Shown piece after piece: positions 1 through 8,978 of a DNA stretch of 33,117 nucleotides. Position numbers and translations under genes: made by a program. Every line of letters starts with the position of its first letter. Positions within the stretch are counted from its first letter, which is position 1. The notes under the pieces are model-generated. The model did no database searches, was not told where the DNA came from, and saw only the letters and a list, made by a program, of their open reading frames with translations. This stretch comes from a virus (Duplodnaviria; Heunggongvirae; Uroviricota; Caudoviricetes), in the IMG/VR virus record IMGVR_UViG_2545824709_000011, positions 1-33,117 of that record; one strand, given 5' to 3'.

Positions 1-1362
1 ATGTTTAAACCGGAACTCCTTTCCCCGGCGGGAACGCTGAAAAATATGCGTTACGCTTTCGCTTATGGCGCAGATGCTGTTTATGCGGGCCAGCCGCGTT
101 ATTCCCTGCGTGTGCGCAACAACGAATTCAACCACGAAAATCTTCAGCTCGGCATCAATGAAGCCCACGCGCTGGGGAAAAAGTTTTATGTCGTGGTCAA
201 CATTGCACCGCACAACGCCAAGCTGAAAACCTTTATCCGTGACCTGAAACCGGTGGTGGAAATGGGGCCGGATGCGCTGATTATGTCCGATCCAGGGCTG
301 ATTATGCTGGTGCGTGAGCACTTCCCTGAAATGCCGATCCACCTTTCGGTGCAGGCTAACGCCGTGAACTGGGCGACGGTGAAATTCTGGCAGCAAATGG
401 GCCTGACCCGCGTGATCCTCTCTCGCGAGCTGTCGCTGGAAGAGATTGAAGAGATCCGCAATCAGGTGCCGGATATGGAGATCGAGATCTTCGTTCACGG
501 CGCGCTGTGCATGGCCTACTCCGGTCGCTGCCTGCTCTCTGGCTATATCAACAAGCGCGACCCGAACCAGGGCACCTGCACCAACGCCTGCCGCTGGGAG
601 TACAACGTCCAGGAAGGGAAAGAAGATGATGTTGGCAACATCGTACACAAGTACGAGCCGATTCCGGTGCAAAATGTTGAGCCGACGCTGGGTATCGGCG
701 CACCAACCGACAAAGTGTTTATGATCGAAGAGGCCCAGCGTCCGGGCGAGTATATGACCGCGTTTGAAGATGAGCACGGCACTTACATCATGAACTCGAA
801 AGATCTGCGCGCCATCGCCCATGTAGAACGCCTGACCAAAATGGGCGTGCATTCGCTGAAAATCGAAGGTCGTACCAAATCTTTCTACTATTGTGCACGC
901 ACCGCACAGGTTTACCGCAAAGCTATCGATGACGCCGCTGCGGGAAAACCGTTCGATACCAGCCTGCTGGAAACTCTGGAAGGTCTGGCGCATCGTGGCT
1001 ATACCGAAGGTTTCCTGCGTCGTCATACTCACGACGATTATCAGAACTACGAATACGGTTATTCAGTTTCTGACCGCCAGCAGTTTGTTGGTGAGTTTAC
1101 CGGTGAGCGCAAGGGGGACCTCGCGGCGGTAACGGTGAAAAATAAATTCTCCGTTGGCGACAGCCTTGAGCTGATGACGCCGCAAGGCAACATTAATTTT
1201 ACCCTTGAGCACATGGAAAACGCCAAAGGCGAAGCTATGCCGATAGCACCAGGCGATGGTTATACTGTGTGGCTCCCGGTCCCGCAGGATCTTGAGCTCA
1301 ATTACGCGCTGCTGATGCGTAATTTCTCCGGGGAAACCACGCGTAATCCCCACGGTAAGTGA
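1..1362 (+). CDS. rlhA: Host U32-family peptidase-like protein YegQ/RlhA (23S rRNA 5-hydroxycytidine synthase)
   Basis: 453-aa ORF starting MFKPELLSPAGTLKNMRYAFAYGADAVYAGQPRYSLR, recognised from memory as E. coli YegQ (U32 family); flanks the prophage outside the att core. Confidence 0.85.
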   Translation: MFKPELLSPAGTLKNMRYAFAYGADAVYAGQPRYSLRVRNNEFNHENLQLGINEAHALGKKFYVVVNIAPHNAKLKTFIRDLKPVVEMGPDALIMSDPGLIMLVREHFPEMPIHLSVQANAVNWATVKFWQQMGLTRVILSRELSLEEIEEIRNQVPDMEIEIFVHGALCMAYSGRCLLSGYINKRDPNQGTCTNACRWEYNVQEGKEDDVGNIVHKYEPIPVQNVEPTLGIGAPTDKVFMIEEAQRPGEYMTAFEDEHGTYIMNSKDLRAIAHVERLTKMGVHSLKIEGRTKSFYYCARTAQVYRKAIDDAAAGKPFDTSLLETLEGLAHRGYTEGFLRRHTHDDYQNYEYGYSVSDRQQFVGEFTGERKGDLAAVTVKNKFSVGDSLELMTPQGNINFTLEHMENAKGEAMPIAPGDGYTVWLPVPQDLELNYALLMRNFSGETTRNPHGK

Positions 1363-1506
1363 TTAATTTCGATTATTTTTCCCGGATGGAAAATTCTTAG
1401 AAACCGATCACATACAGCTGCATTTATTAAGGTTATCATCCGTTTCGCTGAAAAACATAACCCATAAAATGCTAGCTGTACCAGGAACCACCTCCTTAGC
1501 CTGTGT

Positions 1507-1534
1507 AATCTCCCTTACACGGGCTTATTTTTTA
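1507..1534. repeat. attR core (ogr-proximal copy of the 28-bp att core repeat)
   Basis: Exact 28-bp match to 32615-32642; its reverse complement matches the P2 att core as I recall it (AAAAAATAAGCCCGTGTAAGGGAGATT). Confidence 0.85.
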
Positions 1535-1596
1535 CGTACAATAAATTGAAATAAAAGGATTTATTTCTGGTCACGTCCACACATTGACCACATCGA

Positions 1597-1631
1597 CAAA
1601 AAAGCCCCTCGACTGAGGGGCTTTCTGTTTG
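1597..1631 (-). terminator. Rho-independent terminator downstream of ogr (bidirectional hairpin)
   Basis: A-tract, stem AGCCCCTC / GAGGGGCT with loop GACT, then T-rich stretch; on the minus strand the hairpin is followed by TTTTTT, 4 bp after the ogr stop. Confidence 0.7.
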
Positions 1632-1634
1632 TAA

Positions 1635-1853
1635 TTACATCCACATAATTTGCTGCCCTGATGGCAACGGGTGCGGCCTTACGGCGTGGACTTCTCCCGG
1701 CTTCACGATGTATCGCTGTACCGACTCATAAGTGATGAACGTGGCGCTGCAATTCACGTTCTGGCACTGATGATAACGCTCTTTTGTCGTGTCAGTGATA
1801 TAGCGACTTGTACGCGCATGTGCGGCATGCTGGCATAAAGGACAATGAAACAT
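1635..1853 (-). CDS. ogr: Ogr, zinc-finger late-gene transcription activator
   Basis: 72-aa product MFHCPLCQHAAHARTSRYITDTTKERYHQCQNVNCSATF matches P2 Ogr; internal ATG at 1853 chosen over the 93-aa ORF-track start. Confidence 0.9.
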   Translation of the reverse strand: MFHCPLCQHAAHARTSRYITDTTKERYHQCQNVNCSATFITYESVQRYIVKPGEVHAVRPHPLPSGQQIMWM

Positions 1854-1934
1854 CGCGAGCACCTCTTCCGGTTTTGTTGATGGTGCCATTTTAGTTAATT
1901 TATCCTTACAAAACAAACAGATAAAACAAAAACA

Positions 1935-3098
1935 TCACTCATCATCTTCTGTTTCGTACTCCACATCAGAAAGCCTGACCTCAAGCTCTAAGGACGTCGT
2001 GAAGCCGCTATTATTCAGAAAATGTGTCACCTTAGTGATTGTCCAGTCCTGCTCGTCTATGACGCGCTTAAAGCCAGACACTTTGACCGGTGTTTCCGTG
2101 TAAATATCTGCCCGACCGGTAGCCAGGCTGATGGAGAACTCCGCAACGCCCCGTTGCAGTTTATCCCACTTCGCCTGAGCGGCGCGCATGGCCTGCGCTT
2201 TCGTGGCATATACCGTGGTCAGGGCAAAAACGTTGTCAGCCTCACCGGCCATGTATTCACCTTCACGCGCTTCCGGTACTTTAAGCGCTTTCTTCTGCCT
2301 GACCGGTTTCGCTTTCGGGTGCTCCAGTGCGCGCAGGTGTTTCTCTTTCTTTTTACGTTTCAGTTTTACCTTCTGCTTTTGAGGCTTCGGGTCTTTGGTG
2401 TGTAGCCATTTTGCCGTTACACCGGTGTAGGCTCCACGGTCAGCAATCGCAAAATGATGGCGGTCGCCGTCGCTGCGGGTTATGGTGACCTGCGGGATTT
2501 TTTTACCGCTGGCCGTCACTCCCTGCCCCGCTTTGAGAAACAACAGTTTTCCCATTTTTACCGACACCTCACCGCCGTTGCGTTCTGCAAGACGGGTCAG
2601 GAATTTCGCATCAGACTCCTGCGACTGGTCGATGTGCGGGATTTTAATTCCGGCCAGTGACGGCGCGACACTGGCTTCCAGCCTGTTACGGGAGGCTATC
2701 ACCTCAACAATCGCACCGAGCGTGGTGTCATGCCAGGAGCCTTCACGGCGGGAATTGAGCGTCCCGCGAAAATCTGCACTCCGGGCGCGGATGGTAACCA
2801 CATCCGGCGCGCCCCGGTGTTCAACCTCATCAACGGTAAATTTCCCTTTGCATACCAGGGCAAAACCTTTCCAGCCGATATACACCGTCAGGACAGCGCC
2901 ACGAACCGGCAGCCCGACCTGCCCGTCGGCATCGTTCAGTTCAATATCAAGCTGGTCAGCCTCAAAGCCCCGGTTATCCGTCAGGGTCATGCTCATCAGA
3001 CGGTCACTGATATTGCTGGTAATATCCCTGCTGTCGAGCATCAGCATGTAATCCGGCGTCAGCGTACTGCCTGCATCAAATGTCAGCGCATCCAGCAT
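1935..3098 (-). CDS. D: Tail protein D (late control gene D)
   Basis: 387-aa ORF; position after U and before ogr and the sequence match P2 gpD. Confidence 0.9.
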   Translation of the reverse strand: MLDALTFDAGSTLTPDYMLMLDSRDITSNISDRLMSMTLTDNRGFEADQLDIELNDADGQVGLPVRGAVLTVYIGWKGFALVCKGKFTVDEVEHRGAPDVVTIRARSADFRGTLNSRREGSWHDTTLGAIVEVIASRNRLEASVAPSLAGIKIPHIDQSQESDAKFLTRLAERNGGEVSVKMGKLLFLKAGQGVTASGKKIPQVTITRSDGDRHHFAIADRGAYTGVTAKWLHTKDPKPQKQKVKLKRKKKEKHLRALEHPKAKPVRQKKALKVPEAREGEYMAGEADNVFALTTVYATKAQAMRAAQAKWDKLQRGVAEFSISLATGRADIYTETPVKVSGFKRVIDEQDWTITKVTHFLNNSGFTTSLELEVRLSDVEYETEDDE

Positions 3099-3577
3099 TA
3101 TCCCGCCCCCGTCATACCCGTGAATTTAGTCGCCATACTGCCAGCCTTACCGATGAGCGATTCCGCCTGTTTACCGATATCGCCATAAAGCGCGGCCAGT
3201 GATTCATCAACGCGGGTGAGCGACAGCGTAAAATCAATTTTCCGGGGTGTGCCGTCTGCAAAGAAAATACTCCCTGTTTCACTCACCCTGCTGATGACAT
3301 ACATGCCGTAAATCATGCCGGTGCCATCCAGCAACGGCCACGCCCGGCCTTCCTCTGCCATCAGCCTGAGCGTGGTCATCGTCAGCTTGCCGCCGGTCAG
3401 TTCGGGATAAAGCACGCCGGCAAGCGTAATGTTTTCCTCACCCACACCGAGATACTGAAAGGCATCCCGTTTACCGATACGGGAATTTGACGGCCAGCGA
3501 TAATCTGATTCACGCTGCATGGTCTGGTGTGGCAACGTCTGGCGCATAAAAACAAACATACCTAACGCGAGCATCAT
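3098..3577 (-). CDS. U: Tail protein U
   Basis: 159-aa ORF; synteny T-U-D; start overlaps the D region as in P2. Confidence 0.85.
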   Translation of the reverse strand: MMLALGMFVFMRQTLPHQTMQRESDYRWPSNSRIGKRDAFQYLGVGEENITLAGVLYPELTGGKLTMTTLRLMAEEGRAWPLLDGTGMIYGMYVISRVSETGSIFFADGTPRKIDFTLSLTRVDESLAALYGDIGKQAESLIGKAGSMATKFTGMTGAG

Positions 3578-3591
3578 TTTTCGTCACCTCC

Positions 3592-6039
3592 TTAACCGTC
3601 ATGCATCATGCTGGCACGGGCGCGCGCACGTTTATCCCGCTCGTATTTTTCGAGCGCATCCTGTAACTGGCGGTCAAGCTGTGTCCCCGGCGCAGTACCG
3701 CCCGTCAGGTTGATGTGATATTCGTTTTTACTCTGGTCCACATAAGAGCGACCAGCCGGTGCCGTGACCGGCTGATAAGCCTGATAGCCTGCATAAGAGC
3801 TGGTCGCCGGAATATAACCACCGGTGCCATACGTGGCGGCATGAGTCCTTGCGGCGGTCTGGTCAAGTGTGTCTGACTCTTTGTTGATAACACCGAGTTT
3901 TTCCAGTACCCAGTCAATACCGCTGCGCAGTTTGTTGAACGCATTAAGCGGCAGCATCAGCGCGTCAGCCAGTGCCTGCCCGAACATAACGCCCGTGTCA
4001 CGGCAACGGTTCAGGGTGTCCTGTGTGGCTTTGACCGGGGCAATCAGGTTTTTAAACCACTGCCACGCGGCCTGTAACTTTTCGCCCAGCCAGTCAAACA
4101 CCGGCTTCAGTGGCGTGAACAGTTCTCCCACCGGCGCAAATGCCGCTTTCAGCCCTTCCACCACACCGCCAAAGAATGCGCTGACAGGCTCCCAGTATTT
4201 ACGGATAAGCAACGCCCCGGCGACAATTGCAGCCACCACGGCCACAACCGGCCAGCTAATCGCCCCGATGGCCGTCATAACAGCACTGCCAACCGTCGTG
4301 AAGATTGCCCCCATTGCGCCTGCTGCCGCGATAATGGCATTGATGCCGGTGATAACCGGCCAGGCTACAAGACCAATGGCACCGATGATGCCAATAAGCG
4401 CCAGCGCGCCACCGACAATGAGGCCGATGGTTGACGCCAGTGATTTGTTTTTCTGGATCCAGCCGTCGAGTTTTAACACATACTTTGTGGCCGTCTGCGT
4501 GAGCTTACGCAGTGTGCCTTCCTGCTGGTCAAACAGGTCAGTCCCCACCGCCTCATAAGCGGACTGAAACTCCTTAAAGTCACCACCGAGGTTATCCTGC
4601 ATGATTTTAACCAGCTCTTCCGTTTTACCGTCCGAGGCTTTCAGCGTGGCGGTCAGCTTATCCAGTTTTCCGCTTGCTGCCGCTGCCAGTAAAACGTTCG
4701 CTGATTTCAGGGCTTCCTCACCAAAAATGGTTTTAAGGTATTCCCCCTTCTGAGACGTTCCCAGCTTGTGTTTATCAAAGCTGACCTGAATCTCTTTCAG
4801 AATGGTGAACAACGGACGCATATTTCCCTTTTTGTCCGAGGTTTTAACGCCAAGCTCTTTGAGTGCATCCCATGCTTTTCCAGTCGGTGCCTGTAATCGG
4901 GTGACAACGGCGCTACTACCCGTACCAGCCATTGACCCCCTGATGTTATTGTCATGCAGCACACCTGTCATGGCCGCTGCCTGCTCAAGACTTACACCTG
5001 CCGTCCTCGCAACAGGCCCGAGGTAAGTCAGTGCATCACTGAGTCCCTGAAAATCAGCCGCCGACTTATTCATCGTTGCCGACAACACGTCGCCCACATG
5101 GCTGACATCATCATTTGACAGTTGAAAGGATGCCTTAGTCCCCAGCAACAGTTGAGCGTTTTCTTCCATCGACCGCTGATTCGCCAGTGCCATATTCAGC
5201 GTGACCGGCGTTGCCGCCTGAATAGCCGCAGCATCTCCACCCGCTTTCGCAATGATAATCTGCGCACCGGCTGCATCATCCGCCGAGGCGGCGGTGTTGT
5301 CGCCGAGCTGGCGCGCCTGTTTGCGTAATGCGGCCATTTCGGTGGAGTCTTTTGCCACTCCGAGCACAGCCTGTAATTCTGAGTTTTTCTGCGCAAACTC
5401 ATAACCGGGCATCAGCAGCTTAACTCCGGCCATCGTTCCCGCAGCAGCAATCCCCACACCGGCAGCGCCCACTGAGGCCATATTTCCTGCCAGTTCCTTT
5501 CCGGCCTGATAACGCTGTTTGACTGCGTTAAGTTTGGCCTGTTGCGCACTGACACGCGCCAGCGCGTCACGCTGACGGTTAAGTTGTGCGATGGTTTCAC
5601 TGATACGGTTTTTCAGTCCCTGCTCATCATGTGCAAGATTGCGGGTATTAATTCCCACAGCGGCCAGTTCCCGCTGCTGGCGTTTAACGGAATCCGTCAG
5701 GCGGTTATATTTCGCCTGTAAGTCCTCCGCCGCACGCTTTGCGGATTCCAGCACTTTCGCCTGAGCACGGGTCTGTCGTTCGGTGTTTTTAAACTGTGTG
5801 GCAAGGGCTTCGGCCTCCTGCCGTGCCTTTTCAAGTGCATGACCAGTTACGGCAAGCTGTGCGCTGGTCTTACGGAATCCCTCAATACGGGATACCTGAC
5901 CGTTCAGCTCGCGCAGTGATTTTTGTGTTTCCCGGATATCCCCCGACAGCGACTTGCTCGCTGTACGGATGGATTTAAACGGGCGGGATGCCTGGTCAAC
6001 AGCCCTGAGCAATACCTGTAATTTTACATTGTTACTCAT
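3592..6039 (-). CDS. T: Tail tape measure protein T
   Basis: 815-aa ORF with coiled-coil-rich N-terminal half and Gly/Ala-rich hydrophobic segments; follows E/E'. Confidence 0.9.
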   Translation of the reverse strand: MSNNVKLQVLLRAVDQASRPFKSIRTASKSLSGDIRETQKSLRELNGQVSRIEGFRKTSAQLAVTGHALEKARQEAEALATQFKNTERQTRAQAKVLESAKRAAEDLQAKYNRLTDSVKRQQRELAAVGINTRNLAHDEQGLKNRISETIAQLNRQRDALARVSAQQAKLNAVKQRYQAGKELAGNMASVGAAGVGIAAAGTMAGVKLLMPGYEFAQKNSELQAVLGVAKDSTEMAALRKQARQLGDNTAASADDAAGAQIIIAKAGGDAAAIQAATPVTLNMALANQRSMEENAQLLLGTKASFQLSNDDVSHVGDVLSATMNKSAADFQGLSDALTYLGPVARTAGVSLEQAAAMTGVLHDNNIRGSMAGTGSSAVVTRLQAPTGKAWDALKELGVKTSDKKGNMRPLFTILKEIQVSFDKHKLGTSQKGEYLKTIFGEEALKSANVLLAAAASGKLDKLTATLKASDGKTEELVKIMQDNLGGDFKEFQSAYEAVGTDLFDQQEGTLRKLTQTATKYVLKLDGWIQKNKSLASTIGLIVGGALALIGIIGAIGLVAWPVITGINAIIAAAGAMGAIFTTVGSAVMTAIGAISWPVVAVVAAIVAGALLIRKYWEPVSAFFGGVVEGLKAAFAPVGELFTPLKPVFDWLGEKLQAAWQWFKNLIAPVKATQDTLNRCRDTGVMFGQALADALMLPLNAFNKLRSGIDWVLEKLGVINKESDTLDQTAARTHAATYGTGGYIPATSSYAGYQAYQPVTAPAGRSYVDQSKNEYHINLTGGTAPGTQLDRQLQDALEKYERDKRARARASMMHDG

Positions 6040-6459
6040 TCGTGTTTCCGCTTCGCCGGAGCGCCTTTTCGCGCCATGTGATGAGTTCGGTCAGGCTCAT
6101 GGGATACAGTTCTGATGGCGGCCAGTGAAATATCACTGCCACATCCGCCATCAGGTCATCGACCGAGAGATTTTTCGGAAACGTTACTGCACCGAGTTCG
6201 GCGACAAAAAACCGACCACCTTACCGGCCAGTGCCACAAGGTCAGGCAGTTCCAGCGCGGCGACCTCCTGCTCGGTCAGCATCGGTGCCGTCATGCGCGG
6301 CAGCACTTTAATCAGTGCATCGACTTCGGAGTTTGCGACCGCAGCCAGACTGACACCGCGCAGCGTCCCGGCATTGGGTTTCATCAGCGTGACCTGTTCG
6401 ATAACCTGCTCACCACGCTTGACCGGATTGTCCAGGGTAATCACATTTTCTTTGTTCAT
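6032..6459 (-). CDS. E: Tail assembly chaperone E+E' (programmed -1 frameshift product, about 142 aa)
   Basis: E ORF (91 aa, 6184-6459) contains slippery heptamer T_TTT_TTG; following the -1 frame by hand reaches a TAA at 6032-6034, giving 85+57 = 142 codons. Confidence 0.75.
6184..6459 (-). CDS. E: Tail assembly chaperone E (zero-frame product, 91 aa)
   Basis: 91-aa ORF MNKENVITLDNPVKRGEQVIEQ ending KVVGFLSPNSVQ; sits between FII and T. Confidence 0.9.
   Translation of the reverse strand: MNKENVITLDNPVKRGEQVIEQVTLMKPNAGTLRGVSLAAVANSEVDALIKVLPRMTAPMLTEQEVAALELPDLVALAGKVVGFLSPNSVQ
6205..6211 (-). promoter_or_regulatory. Programmed -1 ribosomal frameshift slippery site (T TTT TTG) for E/E'
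   Basis: Minus-strand GGT TTT TTG at codons 83-85 of E; classic X_XXY_YYZ heptamer at the position expected for the tail chaperone frameshift. Confidence 0.75.
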
Positions 6460-6515
6460 GGTTTTCTCACTTCTGAATCGGGGTTAACCGGTCAGCCTGG
6501 CTGACCGGATGAAAA

Positions 6516-7034
6516 TCACAGGCCGATATTGCGGCGGTGTTGCTCCAGCCGGTCGACGCCATTCACCTTCTCAATCATGTTAATGGTGTCGATTTCGACC
6601 AGCTCCTTACCGTCCATCGTCAGCCGGAAATAGGTGCAGACCACGGAGATTTTCGACTCGGTGTCTTCTCCCTGTTTACCCTCGCCGGTGTCGATTTCTT
6701 TCTGACGGCCACGCATGACCACCTCGACGGCCACCGTTTCGCCGGTATCGTCGCGCTGGTAAGAGCCAGCAAAACGAATCGGTACGGCATCCACACCGGT
6801 TGCGGCGTAAAGCTCCCAGATAACCGAATCCGGGAAGCCCCCGAGCGACCACTCCATTGACAGCGCATCGTCATCAAGGCCGAGGTCTACCGGTGCGCTG
6901 CCGTTCATCCCCGCACCGCGATAGTTTTCGAGCTTACGGGTCAGTTTTGGCAGCGTGACGGACTTTGCAACGCCCTGATAGCTGTAGCCGTTCAGAAAGA
7001 CGTTCATTAACTTGAGTTTGCGCGGCATTGCCAT
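6516..7034 (-). CDS. FII: Tail tube protein FII
   Basis: 172-aa ORF; synteny FI-FII-E. Confidence 0.9.
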   Translation of the reverse strand: MAMPRKLKLMNVFLNGYSYQGVAKSVTLPKLTRKLENYRGAGMNGSAPVDLGLDDDALSMEWSLGGFPDSVIWELYAATGVDAVPIRFAGSYQRDDTGETVAVEVVMRGRQKEIDTGEGKQGEDTESKISVVCTYFRLTMDGKELVEIDTINMIEKVNGVDRLEQHRRNIGL

Positions 7035-7046
7035 CGGTCAGGCTCC

Positions 7047-8237
7047 TTAATTGCTGTTAACCGAGGTGACCAGATTTGCCAGATATTTATCGGTGATACG
7101 CTGGCGCAGGGTCAGGTTTTCGAGAGGAGGCACCGGGGTATAGTCGTAGTCGATATACAGTTTTCCGGCCTTGAGGGTTTCCGCATCGTTGGATTCTTCG
7201 CTGAACCAGCAGGTCGCATCCACGATATAGCCGTTTGTTTTCAGCTCACGGAATTTGGCATTGATGCCGTCAACGATGTCGCGAATCAGCGTTGCGGTGA
7301 TGGGCTTGTCCACCGCCCACATGTGCGCCTCAGCCATCGTGTCGGCCAGCACCTGCGCGGTGCGGGTGTAGTTTTCAAAGAGGAACAGCGGGTCATCAGA
7401 GCAGGTACGGTTACCCCAGAAGCGGAAACCGTCACGGCGAATCAGCGTTGTGACGCCTGACTCGTTAAGCAGGTCAGCATCGGTGCCGGACTCCTGCAAA
7501 TCCCAGAATACGGACGCGCTGATGCCGGTAACACCGTTCACCCCGACGTTGGACAGCGTTTTATGCCAGCCCTGCTCCTGGTCGATTTTAGCGCGCAGAC
7601 CCAGCGCACGGGCAGTGGCATACGCGGTGGCGGTAGTACTGGCGACCGTATCCCATGCGAGGAAATCCGGCCAGATGACCATCAGCTCACGCTGGCTGAA
7701 ATTCTGGCGGTAGGCTTTCACCTCGGAAATGGTTTTACAGCCCCATGCGCTGATATACCCGAAAGCGCGCAGCTTCTGACAGACTGATGCCAGTGCAACA
7801 GCCACTTCTTTGGTGTCCAGTCCCGGCACACCGAGAATACGCGGTTTAACGCCGGTTACCGACTCTGCCGCCAGCAGGGCTTTCAGTCCGGTGTACTGAC
7901 CATTTTCGTCGGTGGTGCCGATGATATTGGAAACGGTCTGCGCGAGTTTCGTTTCCTCGTCGTCGCCGGTGCCGTCTTCCACACGCACGACAACGGTGAC
8001 CGGTTTTGACTGGTCGGCGATGGCCTGCAACGATGCCGCCAGCGTGCCTTTTTTACCAGCCTTTGCAATTGCGCTCTGCACATTGGTAATCAGCACCGGT
8101 TTATTGAGGGGGAAGGTTTCCGCATCCGCATCGCTGGCCGTGCAGACCATGCCGACAATGGCAGTGGATACGGTGGAAATGACGCGTGTGCCGTCGTTAA
8201 TCTCCAGCACCTGCACGCCGTGATGATAGTCACTCAT
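7047..8237 (-). CDS. FI: Contractile tail sheath protein FI
   Basis: 396-aa ORF; first gene of the F operon. Confidence 0.9.
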   Translation of the reverse strand: MSDYHHGVQVLEINDGTRVISTVSTAIVGMVCTASDADAETFPLNKPVLITNVQSAIAKAGKKGTLAASLQAIADQSKPVTVVVRVEDGTGDDEETKLAQTVSNIIGTTDENGQYTGLKALLAAESVTGVKPRILGVPGLDTKEVAVALASVCQKLRAFGYISAWGCKTISEVKAYRQNFSQRELMVIWPDFLAWDTVASTTATAYATARALGLRAKIDQEQGWHKTLSNVGVNGVTGISASVFWDLQESGTDADLLNESGVTTLIRRDGFRFWGNRTCSDDPLFLFENYTRTAQVLADTMAEAHMWAVDKPITATLIRDIVDGINAKFRELKTNGYIVDATCWFSEESNDAETLKAGKLYIDYDYTPVPPLENLTLRQRITDKYLANLVTSVNSN

Positions 8238-8334
8238 CCGTTTAACTCCGTGGTTAATGGGTGAGTGGTATTTTCAGTTGTGCAGGGCATGAGATGCTAT
8301 TTGTCCTGGCTGGTCAGGGGATGAAACAACAGAT

Positions 8335-8369
8335 AAAAAAGGCGGGCAATCAGCCCGCCTGTATTTATT
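8335..8369 (-). terminator. Rho-independent terminator between tfa (G position) and FI
   Basis: AAAAAA, stem GGCGGGC with loop AATCA and GCCCGCC, then TGTATTTATT; on the minus strand the hairpin is followed by TTTTTT. Confidence 0.75.
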
Positions 8370-8567
8370 GCGGTATTTCCGACCATTCAGGATTTGCAGG
8401 ATCCACACGACCAGAAAGACAGCTACTGATTAATCAGGCCAATAAACACATGAACACTAAGCAATAGCCCGGCAGGTCTGAGGTACTGGCGCAATATAAT
8501 TTGTGGCTGGATTACCTGTACGCACCGGAGCGGTCCGATACTTCCGGTACGTCAGATATTGAATGGT

Positions 8568-8978
8568 CTACGCCTCCGGCAGTTCAGGCCAGATGACATC
8601 CGGTGCGGTGCTGGTATCTGTTGCCGTCACAGCGTCGATATAATCCAGCACAACGTTAAGTCGGGTAGTTTCTTCTTGCGTCAGTTTGCGCCCGGCCTGC
8701 AGCTTTAACTGAATCACGCTGATATTGGCCATTGCTGCGTCTATCAGCGACTGTTTTTTCTGTTCAGCGTCAGCTACCAGTTCATCATGAGAACGTTCCG
8801 GAGGGAGCGGCGCAGTAAATACCCCGTCTGAATACCCCCAGCCGATTCCGGGATGCTCACTGATATCAGAAATATCAATGAGCTGCTGATTATCCGGCAC
8901 TGTGAATTCAGCCTCGCCATCCCAGACAATGACATTCACAACCATCCCATTTTCAATAACTGCATATGACGCATTCAT
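8568..8978 (-). CDS. Tail fiber assembly protein (gene G position)
   Basis: ORF immediately downstream of H with the TAATG stop/start overlap; start at MNASYAVIENG preferred over the upstream in-H ATG at 9002; length and position fit a tail-fiber chaperone. Confidence 0.75.
   Translation of the reverse strand: MNASYAVIENGMVVNVIVWDGEAEFTVPDNQQLIDISDISEHPGIGWGYSDGVFTAPLPPERSHDELVADAEQKKQSLIDAAMANISVIQLKLQAGRKLTQEETTRLNVVLDYIDAVTATDTSTAPDVIWPELPEA

Noticed and set aside
1363-1506. Possible tRNA or ssrA-type integration target at the prophage junction
   Set aside because: No tRNA-like cloverleaf or conserved tRNA 3' end is visible next to either att core; integration appears intergenic, as expected for P2-type integrases.
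1635-1916. Longer ORF-track N-terminal extensions for ogr (93 aa) and likewise V (234 aa), X (90 aa), L (189 aa), O (306 aa), P (600 aa), tfa (144 aa), lysC (135 aa), orf78 (64 aa), and TTG-initiated extensions for A and orf81
   Set aside because: Internal ATGs give proteins matching the known P2 product N-termini or lengths and are better placed relative to ribosome-binding sites or upstream gene stops; the longer forms overlap neighbouring genes.
2482-3051. 189-aa plus-strand ORF (and similar long antisense ORFs, e.g. 3869-4558, 11185-11586, 16023-16574, 18008-18607, 20945-21484, 22772-23251)
   Set aside because: Each lies entirely inside, and antisense or out of frame to, a confidently identified P2 structural gene; they are shadow ORFs typical of GC-rich coding DNA, with no ribosome-binding site or independent support.
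8261-8467. 68-aa plus-strand ORF in the tfa-FI intergenic (Z/fun) region
   Set aside because: No ribosome-binding site, and it runs through the strong terminator hairpin at 8335-8369; more likely non-coding promoter/terminator DNA.
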